DNA of 64,000 bases from Acidobacteriota bacterium (GTDB taxonomy: Bacteria; Acidobacteriota; UBA6911; RPQK01; CBDAPI01): assembly GCA_965198355.1 (NCBI GenBank), contig CBDAPI010000013.1, forward strand, positions 266,495 to 330,494, written 5' to 3'. Positions within the stretch are counted from its first letter, which is position 1, and each line of letters opens with the position of its first letter. The position numbers and the translations under genes were made by a program. The notes below the pieces were generated by a model. The model ran no database searches and was not told where the DNA came from. It saw only the letters and a list, made by a program, of their open reading frames with translations. Of this stretch, positions 38,920-48,514 are shown in pieces.

Positions 38920-40068
38920 ATGCGCTTGATGCCGAAACAATCAGTTTGTCTTCTGGTGGCTTTTTGCCTGTTGGGAGTTGGTCTCGGTCAGACCCGGATT
39001 GCGCTGGACCGGGTGACTCTCGACCCCGGCTTTCAGATCTCGATTTACGCTGCAGGAGTCAAGGAGGCCCGCTCGATGACCCGATCTCCCTCCGGCACAA
39101 TTTTCGTGGGCACCCGCCAAGAGGGCAACCTCTATGCACTGGTCGACCGGGATGGCGATCACCGCGCAGAAGAAGTCTTTATCCTTGCCACCGGGATGCG
39201 TATGCCCAATGGGGTCGCTTTCCGTGGCAACTCACTCTACGTGGCTGAGGTGAACCGCATTCTGCGTTACGAGGATATCGATTACCGACTGGATGACCCG
39301 CCCGAGCCGCAGGTGGTGAATGACGGCTTGCCGGCGGACCGGTGGCACGGCTGGAAATTCATCGCCTTCGGGCCGGATGGAATGCTTTATGTACCGGTAG
39401 GGGCGCCCTGCAATATCTGCGAGAAAGCGGATTCGCGGTACGCCACCATTATGCGCATGAATGCCGATGGAAGCGACCTGGAGATCTTCTCCTCCGGTGT
39501 GCGCAACACGGTGGGCTTTGATTGGCATCCAACCACCGGCGAGCTCTGGTTCACTGACAACGGGCCTGACTGGATGGGAGAAAATGTCCCTCCTGACGAA
39601 CTCAACCGAGCCCCTCACAAGGGCATCCACTTTGGTTTTCCGTACTGCCATGGAGGCTACCTACCGGACTCCGAGTTCGGCGCAAAGCGTCTCTGCTCGG
39701 AGTTTGAACCTCCGGCCCTGAACCTGGCTGCCCACGTTGCCGCACTTGCTGCCCACTTCTATCGAGGGAACCTCTTTCCCGGTCAGTATTTACACCAGCT
39801 GTTTGTGGTTGAACACGGGTCCTGGAACCGTGAGATTCCCCTGGGATACCGAGTGATGCTGATCGAGCTTTCTGCCGATGGGCGACCTGTGAATTACCGG
39901 GTCTTTGCCGAGGGGTGGCTACAGGGAAAGCAAGCGTGGGGTCGGCCTGTTGCTCTCCTGGAACTGCCCGACGGCTCACTGCTGCTCTCGGATGACAAGG
40001 CGAACGTGATCTATCGGATTCGCTACGAGGAGCCCAGCGAAGCTGCTGGGACGTCCGATTCACCCTGA
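38920..40068 (+). CDS. PQQ-dependent sugar (sorbosone/aldose) dehydrogenase-like beta-propeller, secreted
   Basis: Signal peptide; GMRMPNGVAF...LYVAEVNRILRY...FGPDGMLYVPVGAPCNICE, typical of the SGDH/YliI family. Confidence 0.7.
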   Translation: MRLMPKQSVCLLVAFCLLGVGLGQTRIALDRVTLDPGFQISIYAAGVKEARSMTRSPSGTIFVGTRQEGNLYALVDRDGDHRAEEVFILATGMRMPNGVAFRGNSLYVAEVNRILRYEDIDYRLDDPPEPQVVNDGLPADRWHGWKFIAFGPDGMLYVPVGAPCNICEKADSRYATIMRMNADGSDLEIFSSGVRNTVGFDWHPTTGELWFTDNGPDWMGENVPPDELNRAPHKGIHFGFPYCHGGYLPDSEFGAKRLCSEFEPPALNLAAHVAALAAHFYRGNLFPGQYLHQLFVVEHGSWNREIPLGYRVMLIELSADGRPVNYRVFAEGWLQGKQAWGRPVALLELPDGSLLLSDDKANVIYRIRYEEPSEAAGTSDSP

Positions 40069-41844
40069 GATCTCGAGAGAGAGCTCTTTGAGTTGTTTCT
40101 GGTCCACCGCTGAGGGAGCCCCGCACATCAGATCCTGAGCCCGGGCTGTCTTGGGAAAAGCGATCACCTCGCGAATGGACGGTTCACCCGCGAGCAACAT
40201 GATGATCCGGTCCAGTCCCAGGGCAATCCCTCCGTGCGGAGGAGCCCCATACTGGAGCGCCTCCAGCAGAAAGCCGAAGCGCTGCTCAGCCTCTTCACTC
40301 GATATGCCGAGGGCCTCAAAAACCTGACGCTGCACCGCGGGGTTGTGGATCCGGATCGAGCCCCCACCGATTTCCAGCCCATTCAGGACGATGTCATAGG
40401 CTCGGGCACGAACCTGGGCCGGGTCGGATTCGAGCAGGCCCAGAGTTTCGTCCGTGGGAGAAGTGAACGGATGGTGCAGGGCGAAGAAGCGGCCTTCCTT
40501 CTCGTCCCATTCCATGAGAGGAAACTCGGAAATCCAAACAAAGCGATGCTCGTTCTCGGGAATCAAGTCGAGTCGCTCGGCCAAGTGTAAGCGCAAAGCC
40601 GCCAGGCCATCATGTACGACCCGGTGTTCTCCTGCCAGGATGAACAGGATGTCCCCTTCCTCGAGACCGGCAAGTTGAGCCGCTCTTTCCACTTCCTCTG
40701 CTGGCACCACTTTGGGAAAAGAGGATCCCAATCCATGCTTTGAACGCCGGATCCAGCTCAATGCCCGGGCGCCGAAGTTTCGAACAAACTCGGTGAGTTC
40801 GTCCACTTCTCGCCGCGAGAATGAACCCGCGCCGGGAATGCAGATCCCTTTGAGTGAACCCCCGGTTTCGAGAATCGTCTTGAAGACCTGGAAAGGAGTC
40901 TCCAGGAATGGCTCGCTAAGGTCGACGAGCTCGAGGGTAAAGCGGGTATCCGGGCGATCCGTGCCGTAGCGGCGGATTGCTTCCCGATAGCTCATCCTCG
41001 GCACCTTATCGGGTACCGATATCCCATTCACGGCGAAAACTTCCCTGAGCAGGCTCTCCACAACTGAAAACACCGTCTCTTCCCGTGGAAAAGACATTTC
41101 GATGTCCACCTGTGTGAATTCAGGTTGACGATCGGCTCTCAGGTCCTCGTCCCGAAAACAACGAACAATCTGAAAGTATTTGTCGAGCCCGGAGACCATC
41201 AACAACTGCTTGAAGATCTGGGGCGACTGGGGAAGGGCGTAGAACTCACCGGGATAGACGCGGCTGGGAACAAGATAGTCGCGTGCACCTTCGGGAGTCG
41301 ATTTGGTAAGAAAGGGAGTCTCGATCTCGAGAAACCCGCGGGCGTCGAGATGATTCCGAACGGCCATGGAGACCTGGTGCCGGAGCCGAAGGTTGCGCTG
41401 CAGCCGTGGTCTCCTCAGGTCGAGATAGCGATGACGCAAACGATTCTCTTCAGCCGTGGTGGCTTCTTTGTTGATCGGAAACGGCGGGGTCTTGGACGTG
41501 GCCAGCAGGTGAATGAATTCGGCCTGCATTTCAACTTCGCCGGTGGCTATCTCGGGGTTCACGGTGTCCTCGGATCGTTCGACCACCTTTCCCGTTACCG
41601 CCAGCACATACTCGGATCGGAGCAGCTTCGACCTTTCGAGGATGTCCGCCTGATCTGGATGGACGACGACCTGGACGACACCCTCCCTGTCCCGCAAGTC
41701 GATGAAGATCAACCCTCCCAGATCACGGCGTCTGTCAACCCATCCCATGACAGTCATTTCCTGCCCGACATGTTGCAGGCGCAGGTGACCGCAGTATTCA
41801 GTGCGCTCTAGGTCCCCCAGCGGGTCCGTGTGGCTGCTACTCAT
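40060..41844 (-). CDS. aspS: aspartate--tRNA ligase
   Basis: 594 aa collinear with AspRS (OB fold, class II motifs FRDEDLRADRQPEFTQ, GGGSIR). Confidence 0.9.
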   Translation of the reverse strand: MSSSHTDPLGDLERTEYCGHLRLQHVGQEMTVMGWVDRRRDLGGLIFIDLRDREGVVQVVVHPDQADILERSKLLRSEYVLAVTGKVVERSEDTVNPEIATGEVEMQAEFIHLLATSKTPPFPINKEATTAEENRLRHRYLDLRRPRLQRNLRLRHQVSMAVRNHLDARGFLEIETPFLTKSTPEGARDYLVPSRVYPGEFYALPQSPQIFKQLLMVSGLDKYFQIVRCFRDEDLRADRQPEFTQVDIEMSFPREETVFSVVESLLREVFAVNGISVPDKVPRMSYREAIRRYGTDRPDTRFTLELVDLSEPFLETPFQVFKTILETGGSLKGICIPGAGSFSRREVDELTEFVRNFGARALSWIRRSKHGLGSSFPKVVPAEEVERAAQLAGLEEGDILFILAGEHRVVHDGLAALRLHLAERLDLIPENEHRFVWISEFPLMEWDEKEGRFFALHHPFTSPTDETLGLLESDPAQVRARAYDIVLNGLEIGGGSIRIHNPAVQRQVFEALGISSEEAEQRFGFLLEALQYGAPPHGGIALGLDRIIMLLAGEPSIREVIAFPKTARAQDLMCGAPSAVDQKQLKELSLEISG

Positions 41845-43118
41845 CGGGTTGCTTTCTCTTCGCTTAGAATCGTGTCAATTTCTGCTATCTCACTGTCAAT
41901 CTGCTCGCCGTCCGACATCCGCTTGAGCTTGACCCTGCCCGTTGCCATCTCCTCGTCGCCAATGACACAACTGAAACGACCGTTCAATCGGTTGGCCAAA
42001 CGAAGCTGGGCACGAAGAGAACGACCCTCATAGTCCACGTAGACGTGGAACCCGAGTCCGCGCAGCCGAGTCGCAATGAGAACGCTCTCTTTCAGCGAGC
42101 TCTCGTCCAGGTAAGCCAGGAAAAGATCGGGCGCCGGCATTGAAAAATCGAGGTTCCCTTCTTCCTGCTCGCTGAGCAACAGAACCAGGCGTTCCAGTCC
42201 CAGGGCAAAACCGTAAGCCGGGGCACGAGGTCCGCCCAGCAGTTCTGAGAGGCCATCGTAGCGGCCTCCTCCCAGGATGGAGTTCTGGGTCGGACCCAGC
42301 TCGTCACTGATCAGTTCGAAAGTCGTTCTCACGTAATAGTCAAGGCCTCGAACCAGAGTTGGATCCTCAAGGAAATTGATTTCAAGAGTCTCCAGCCACT
42401 TCAGGAATCGCTGGTGGTGGTGGCGGCAGTCTTCACATAGATGGTCAATGAGCCGCGGCAGCCTGGGCAGCAACTCGCGGCAGGAAGGAACCTTGCAGTC
42501 AAAGATCCTGAGTGGATTGGTCTTGTGCCTGGTCTGACACTGCCCGCAAAACTCCTCCAGCTGGGGCTCCATGGCTGCTGCCAGCTTCTTGACGTAGGCC
42601 GGCCGGCAGTTCGCATCTCCCACCGAGTTGACCACAAGATCGAAGCGCTGAAGTCCGAGTTCGTTGAGAAAGCGGATAACAGCTTCGATCACCTCGGCCT
42701 CCACCACTGGGCTCTCCGAGCCGATCACCTCAATCCCCAGCTGGTGAAACTGGCGGTAGCGGCCCTTCTGGGGACGCTCGTGGCGAAACATTGGACCTAT
42801 GTAGTAAAGGCGGCTCACGGAAGACGCCCGGTCGAGTCGATGCTCAATGTAAGAACGGATCACCGGAGCTGTTCCTTCAGGACGGAGCGTGATGCTCCTT
42901 CCCTTGCTGTCCGTCAGCGAGTACATCTCCTTCTGAACCAGCTCCGTGGCGGTACCGATCCCCCGGGCAAACAGCTCCGTCCACTCCAGAACCGGAGTCC
43001 GTATTTCCGCAAAGCCGTACCTGCCAAAGACACTCCGGATCGTGTCTTCGATGCGCTGCCAGACCTCTACGGTGCCGGGCAGAATGTCATGTGTTCCCTG
43101 TATTGACCGGATTGACAT
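41841..43118 (-). CDS. hisS: histidine--tRNA ligase
   Basis: MSIRSIQGTHDILPG... start; class II motifs; the ORF-track start at 43256 is an over-extension. Confidence 0.9.
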   Translation of the reverse strand: MSIRSIQGTHDILPGTVEVWQRIEDTIRSVFGRYGFAEIRTPVLEWTELFARGIGTATELVQKEMYSLTDSKGRSITLRPEGTAPVIRSYIEHRLDRASSVSRLYYIGPMFRHERPQKGRYRQFHQLGIEVIGSESPVVEAEVIEAVIRFLNELGLQRFDLVVNSVGDANCRPAYVKKLAAAMEPQLEEFCGQCQTRHKTNPLRIFDCKVPSCRELLPRLPRLIDHLCEDCRHHHQRFLKWLETLEINFLEDPTLVRGLDYYVRTTFELISDELGPTQNSILGGGRYDGLSELLGGPRAPAYGFALGLERLVLLLSEQEEGNLDFSMPAPDLFLAYLDESSLKESVLIATRLRGLGFHVYVDYEGRSLRAQLRLANRLNGRFSCVIGDEEMATGRVKLKRMSDGEQIDSEIAEIDTILSEEKATR

Positions 43119-43320
43119 GCCTAGTAGCCTGCTACACCAAAAAAGGAGATTATAACGAGAGCGCCTCGTGTGTTCTATCCAGGGAGCCCTTAGAATGACT
43201 GGATGGGAACGCAGCAGATCCGCTCCGTTGACCTGTCGAGAAGACCGCCCGACCATTTATAGAGCGATTGAACAAGATGCCCCTACCCAATCGTATACTG
43301 GAAGTGTAAGAGGATCTTGC

Positions 43321-44486
43321 ATGAAATTCTTTAGGCTTTTGCTCAAGAACCTGTTCCGGAACAAGTTGAGAACTGCGCTCACCGTCAGCAGTATTGCCGC
43401 TTCCATCTTTCTGGTGGCAGTTCTCATCTCTCTCCTGGACGGACTCACGAATCCTCCAGAGACCCCCGATTCGGCCCTGCGCCTGATCACTCGTCACAAG
43501 ATCTCACTCTTCAATTCTCTGCCGGTTGGCCACCGGGAGAAAATTGCCTCGGTCGAGGGGGTCGAGGCAGTAATCGGCTCCATGTGGTTTGGTGGCATGT
43601 ACGACAACAAGGGCGTGGACCAGATGCTGGCTCAGTTCGCGGTAGATACGGATCAATTCTTCATCGTCGAGGCGGACATGAAGATCCCCAACGACCAGAA
43701 GGAGGCCTCCTACAGGACCGGGCTGGATGCATTGTGGGAGCCATCGTGGCCGATAATTTTGGGTGGAAAGTCGGTGATCGGATTCACACCCGGTCGAATC
43801 TGTGGCCCATCGAACCCCTGGAGTTGAACATCCGCGGAATCTATAAGGGAGGAGGAGACCAGGGCGGCGGAGTCTACTATCACTGGGACTACTTCGACAA
43901 GGCCATCAAAGAGGCCGGCTTCGGCGATTCTTTTACAGGCACCTTTTCAATTCGAGCCCGCTCTGCCGAGGACGTCCCAGGCATTGCCGCCAAAGTAGAT
44001 GCGCTGTTCGAGAACTCCAGCGGGCCCACCAAGACGGAAACCGAGAAGGCGTTCATCCTAGGGTTTCTCAACATGCTGGGCAATGTCCAGCTCCTGATCA
44101 GCGGAATCTGCACGGCCATTCTCTTTGCCGTCGTTCTGGTGGCCGCCAACACCATGGCCATGTCCATCCGCGAGAGGATTCGGGAAATCGGGATCATGAA
44201 AGCCCTGGGATTTCGGCGGATTCAGGTGTTGAGCCTGTTGCTCGTCGAGTCCGTCATGCTGGCTCTGATCGGATCGGCTCTGGGAGCCGGTTTGGCAGCA
44301 CTTCTTTTTTCCAGAGTCAATCTGTCGGTGCAGAGCGGCGGCATGATCCCCAACATCACGATCGGAATCGGGGTTCTTCTCTTGTGCACGGGAATCGGCC
44401 TCCTGGTGGGGCTTGTGGCCGCCGGCCTGCCTGCTTACAGGGCTGCCGGCCGGCCCGTGGTGGAAGCAATTCGCAACGTGGCCTGA
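43321..44486 (+). CDS. ABC efflux permease, FtsX/MacB type; 1-nt deletion near 43705
   Basis: MKFFRLLLKNLFRNKLRTALTVSSIAASIFLVAV N-terminal TM; ...IPNDQKEA / FLQDRAGCIVGAIVADNFGWKVGD continues in a second frame; C-terminal FtsX 4-TM bundle. Confidence 0.75.
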
Positions 44487-44511
44487 TCCTGATTCAAGAA
44501 CGTTTTCCGCA

Positions 44512-45661
44512 ATGAAGATACCTCTGAAATACAACCTCCGAAGCCTCTGGGTTCGCAAGGTCGGAACTCTGATGACCGCTTTCGGTATCGGGCTGACCGT
44601 AGCCGTCCTGGTGACCATGATGGCCCTGGTCCGGGGACTGGACAGTACTTTCATCGAAACCGGCCAGGAGCACGATCTGATCGTGTTGCGCAAGGGCTCG
44701 GAGAACGAAACCAACAGTTACTTCAACCGGGATTTTTTTCCCACCATCCGGCTCCTGCCGGGTATCGCCAGAGGAGGTGATGGCGAGCCCCTGGCTGTCG
44801 GCGAGCTGGTCGTCGTGATCAGTCATCCCCGCCGCAGCGGAGAAGAGTCAAACGTGATGGTTCGGGGAACGACGCCCAGAGGCCTGGAGATGCGTCCCGA
44901 GATCCAGATGGTGGAGGGGCGTTTTTTCCGAAAAGGGTTGCGGGAGATCATTGTGAGTCGTTCTCTGGCCAACCGGTTCCAAGACATGGCCCTCGGGGAC
45001 GAGGTGGCGACGGCGGGACGAAAATGGAGAGTCGTGGGTGTTTTTGAGGCAGGCGGCTCGGCTTACAACTCCGAGGTGTGGGGCGATTACGACGAAATCA
45101 CGCAGGCCTGGACGCGCCCGGTCCACACGTCCATTCTGGTTCGAACCACCGGAAACGAAGCGGCGGAGGAGTTTCAGAAGCGGATTGATGAAGATCGCCG
45201 CATTCAGCTCCAGGCGGTTCATCAGAGAGACTATTACGCACAGCAGGCCACCAGCTCGATCGGGATCAAGGCTCTGGGCTGGTTTCTGGCAGTGGTGATG
45301 GGAATCGGCTCCTGTTTCGCCGCCATGAACATGATGTACGGCACGATCATGGTTCGCTTCAAGGAAGTGGGCACCCTGAGATCACTCGGCTTCAAACGTC
45401 GCTCCATTCTCGCATCCTTCCTCATCGAAGCGACTCTGCTGGCCGTGCTGGGGGGGGGTGATCGGTTGCGTGCTGGCGCTGCCGGTGCATGGGATCTCCA
45501 CAGGAACGACGAATTTCACGGAAGTCCTGTTCAATTTCCGTATCACGCCGGACATCCTTTTGAAGGCCATTCTTTATTCGGCTGTGGTGGGTATCCTGGG
45601 AGGCTTTTTTCCGGCATTGCGGGCCGCTCGGCTGAAACTGGTTGAGGTGTTGCGAGACTGA
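44512..45661 (+). CDS. ABC efflux permease, FtsX/MacB type; frameshift in the 9-G run at 45450-58
   Basis: MKIPLKYNLRSLWVRKVGTLMTAFGIGLTVAV...; the true C-terminus (VIGCVLALPVHGIS...ALRAARLKLVEVLRD) is in ORF 45458..45661. Confidence 0.75.
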
Positions 45662-45663
45662 CG

Positions 45664-46788
45664 ATGAGAGAGGATCTGAAAGCCTTGCGCATTGATCGTG
45701 ATCAAAAGCGACCCGCCTCCCGCAGCCCGGCCTCCTGGCTGATTCTACTGGTGGGTCTCTTTGCGGGAGCGGTCATCACGTTTTTAGCCTTCCAGATCTA
45801 CTTTTCCGACCCGGAGATTCCAGCCCAATCCGTGGCGGCCGCGGATCTGGACGTGGTTTTGCAGTCGAAGCCGGCGCCCATCGAAGCGGGAGAGCCGGTT
45901 CTGATTGCTTCGGGCTATATCGTGCCTCACCATCGAATCGAAGTGGGATCCAGAGTCGTCGGCAAGATCTCCTGGGTGGGCGTTGAAAAGGCAGATTTGG
46001 TCAAGGAAAATCAACTCCTGGTGAAGGTGGATGACAGTGAGTACCGGGCCCAGCACGACCAGGCCATTGCCTCCCGGGCCACAGCAGCGGCTCGACTCGA
46101 GGAGTTGGAAGCGGGGACCCGGCCCCAGGAGATCGAGCGGGCTGCAGCGGAGCTGGAGCGGACCAGGGACGATCTCCGAAACGCGGAGCTGGAGCATCGT
46201 CGACTCCGCGAATTACAGGACAGCGGTGTTATTTCCGAGCAGATGCTAGATAACGCGGCTTCCCGCGAGGACATGGCCCGGGCAGCTGTGGGCGTCGTCG
46301 AGAAGAACCACCAGCTGGCCGTACTGGGGCCGCGCCGGGAAGAGATTGATTCGGCGCGGGCGGAACTGCAGAGAGCCGGTGCGACGGTGCGCTACTGGAA
46401 GACGCAACTCGCCCTCACGGAAATCCGCGCGCCCGTGGCGGGGACTGTACTGGAGAGAGTTGCAGAAGAAGGAGAGCTGGTGTCGACCTCGTTCGCTGGT
46501 GGCGCCGTCGTTGTGGCCCTGGCTGATCTCGCCGACCTGCAGGTGGAGCTGGAAATCAGTCAGTCAGATTTTCACCACATTGACGAACGCAGCGGTTGTG
46601 AGATGTCTCCCATGGCCTATCCCGAGCGCGAATACGCCTGCCGGGTAGCCGAGATCGCGCCGGAGGCCAACCGGCAGCGAGCCACCATCCAGGTCAAGGT
46701 CCAGATTCTTGACCCGGACGCCTACCTGCGCCCGGAGATGGATGCCGAGGTCAAGTTTCTTAAACCCGAAGAGAAAGAGGATCCCTAA
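45664..46788 (+). CDS. efflux periplasmic adaptor (HlyD/MacA family)
   Basis: N-terminal TM, coiled-coil hairpin ([38 protein letters not shown]), beta-barrel and MP domains. Confidence 0.8.
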   Translation: MREDLKALRIDRDQKRPASRSPASWLILLVGLFAGAVITFLAFQIYFSDPEIPAQSVAAADLDVVLQSKPAPIEAGEPVLIASGYIVPHHRIEVGSRVVGKISWVGVEKADLVKENQLLVKVDDSEYRAQHDQAIASRATAAARLEELEAGTRPQEIERAAAELERTRDDLRNAELEHRRLRELQDSGVISEQMLDNAASREDMARAAVGVVEKNHQLAVLGPRREEIDSARAELQRAGATVRYWKTQLALTEIRAPVAGTVLERVAEEGELVSTSFAGGAVVVALADLADLQVELEISQSDFHHIDERSGCEMSPMAYPEREYACRVAEIAPEANRQRATIQVKVQILDPDAYLRPEMDAEVKFLKPEEKEDP

Positions 46789-47498
46789 TGAGCACTGTTC
46801 TGGTCGAAGTCAGAGAGCTGGGGAAAGTCTTCACCAAGGAAGCTCAGCCCATCGTCGCCCTGGAGAATATCAACCTGGAGATCCGAGAAGACGAGTTCGT
46901 TAGCCTGATGGGCCCTTCGGGTTCCGGAAAGACGACGCTTCTCAACCTGATAGCCGGCGTCGATCGACCCAGTTCAGGCAGCCTTCAGGTGCTGGGTACC
47001 GAACTGGTGGGCCTGACCGAGGATCAGCTGGCGACCTGGAGGAACGAGAACATCGGCTTCGTCTTTCAACACTTCAATCTGATTCCGGTGCTCACGGCGT
47101 TTGAGAACGTGGAGCTACCTCTCTTGTTGACCTCCCTGTCCAAGTCGGAGCGACGAAAGCACGTGGAAGCGGCCTTGCGGCTGGTGGACCTTACCGCGCG
47201 CGCCAGCCACTATCCCCGACAACTCTCGGGAGGAGAGGAGCAGCGCGTGGCCATCGCTCGAGCCATTGTGACCGATCCCAGGCTGATTCTCGCCGACGAG
47301 CCCACCGGAGATCTGGATGCCGACTCGGCCAGGGCCGTACTGGACATCCTGGCTGCCCTGAACCGGGACTTCGGGAAGACCATCGTCATGGTGACCCACG
47401 ACCCAAAGGCGGCCGCTTTTGCCGGGACCAGGCATTATCTTGAGAAGGGTGTGCTGCAGAGGCAGCAGCAGGCGGAGCCGGCTCAGGCCGGAATCTAG
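46788..47498 (+). CDS. ABC transporter ATP-binding protein (MacB/LolD-like)
   Basis: Walker [10 protein letters not shown], signature [14 protein letters not shown], Walker [13 protein letters not shown]. Confidence 0.85.
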   Translation: MSTVLVEVRELGKVFTKEAQPIVALENINLEIREDEFVSLMGPSGSGKTTLLNLIAGVDRPSSGSLQVLGTELVGLTEDQLATWRNENIGFVFQHFNLIPVLTAFENVELPLLLTSLSKSERRKHVEAALRLVDLTARASHYPRQLSGGEEQRVAIARAIVTDPRLILADEPTGDLDADSARAVLDILAALNRDFGKTIVMVTHDPKAAAFAGTRHYLEKGVLQRQQQAEPAQAGI

Positions 47499-47520
47499 TT
47501 CCCTCGTTTTGTGGGTCCCT

Positions 47521-47596
47521 GAAAGCGGGAGGCGCGCTCGGGCCTGCTCCCGGGAGGATTTAAACGGTCGCCGCCCCCGAGCCACCTCCCACTTTC
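47521..47596. repeat. REP-like hairpin element: 21-bp GC stem, 32-nt loop with TTTAAA
   Basis: GAAAGCGGGAGGcgcGCTCGGG [cctgctcccgggaggaTTTAAAcggtcgccgc] CCCGAGCcaCCTCCCACTTTC; the loop is the reverse complement of the loop of the 61262 copy. Confidence 0.65.
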
Positions 47597-47681
47597 TTTG
47601 ACTTCAGGGCTTCAGATTAGGAAGGCGAACCTGGAGCCTGTGCTCTGGCACGTGATTCGCTAGTGACGCGGAAACCCGGAA

Positions 47682-48514
47682 CTATCTTCCCACGAGGCGG
47701 TAGATGTTGAAGCCGAAGGCGTAGTCGGTGGTCGTGGCGTTGACCGCGTAACGGCTTGGGCTCATGAAGCGATTGTTGGTGATCAGAACGTGAAAGACGT
47801 GTCGCCTCGTCCTGATCTTAAGACCGCCGGCCAGAGAGGCCCGATCGTTCCCGAAGCCCCCGAACCCGGCCAGGCGCGGAATGTACTCCCCGACCAGGGA
47901 AAGGCGCCGATTCAAGGCGATGTCGGTCCCCACACCCAGGGAAAAGGTGTGGTTCTTGTCTGGGTTGACGGCTCCGGGACGAAACTCGGCCTCCACATCG
48001 GAGCGCGAATTGAAGACAGCGATCGGGGTTGCATGGAGACGGAAGGCCTTGTAGTCCCAGTGCGCCGGGACTTCGATGAATCCAGTGTAATGTCTCTCGA
48101 AATTACCTTCGCCCTCCATTCCCCCGCGAACGGCGATCTTAAACGGGGATTCCTCCTCGGTGAGAAGCTCAACAGAACTGCTGAATCCGATTCGCTGGTC
48201 GAAACGTTCACGAGAGACTCCGACGCTGACCCGGTCGGTCAGGGCGTAGGTCATCCCCAGGTTGATGTTGGCTCCGAAATCAAGTCCGAAAGCGTTTCCT
48301 GCGTCCAGAGACCCATCATCCAGGATAGTCCCCAGAAAGCGGTGCTGAATAAGGACTTCGACGTTTCCCCGGTTCAGATCAACGGGAGCACCCATGTGGA
48401 CGACGCGAGGGTCATCATTAAGCCTTCTGGCCTTGAGGGGCTCCGATGAGGGCTCCTGCCGCTGGACGACGGGGAGGATCTCGACCTGGTCGTCGGCAAT
48501 CGAATAACCACTAG
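47682..48514 (-). pseudogene. C-terminal beta-rich (putative beta-barrel) part of a secreted CxxCH-containing protein gene split by the IS1182-like element
   Basis: Reading frame is open up to the IS end; joins in frame to 50179.. (...EDYVYTAS|GYSIADDQVEILPVV...). Confidence 0.55.
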
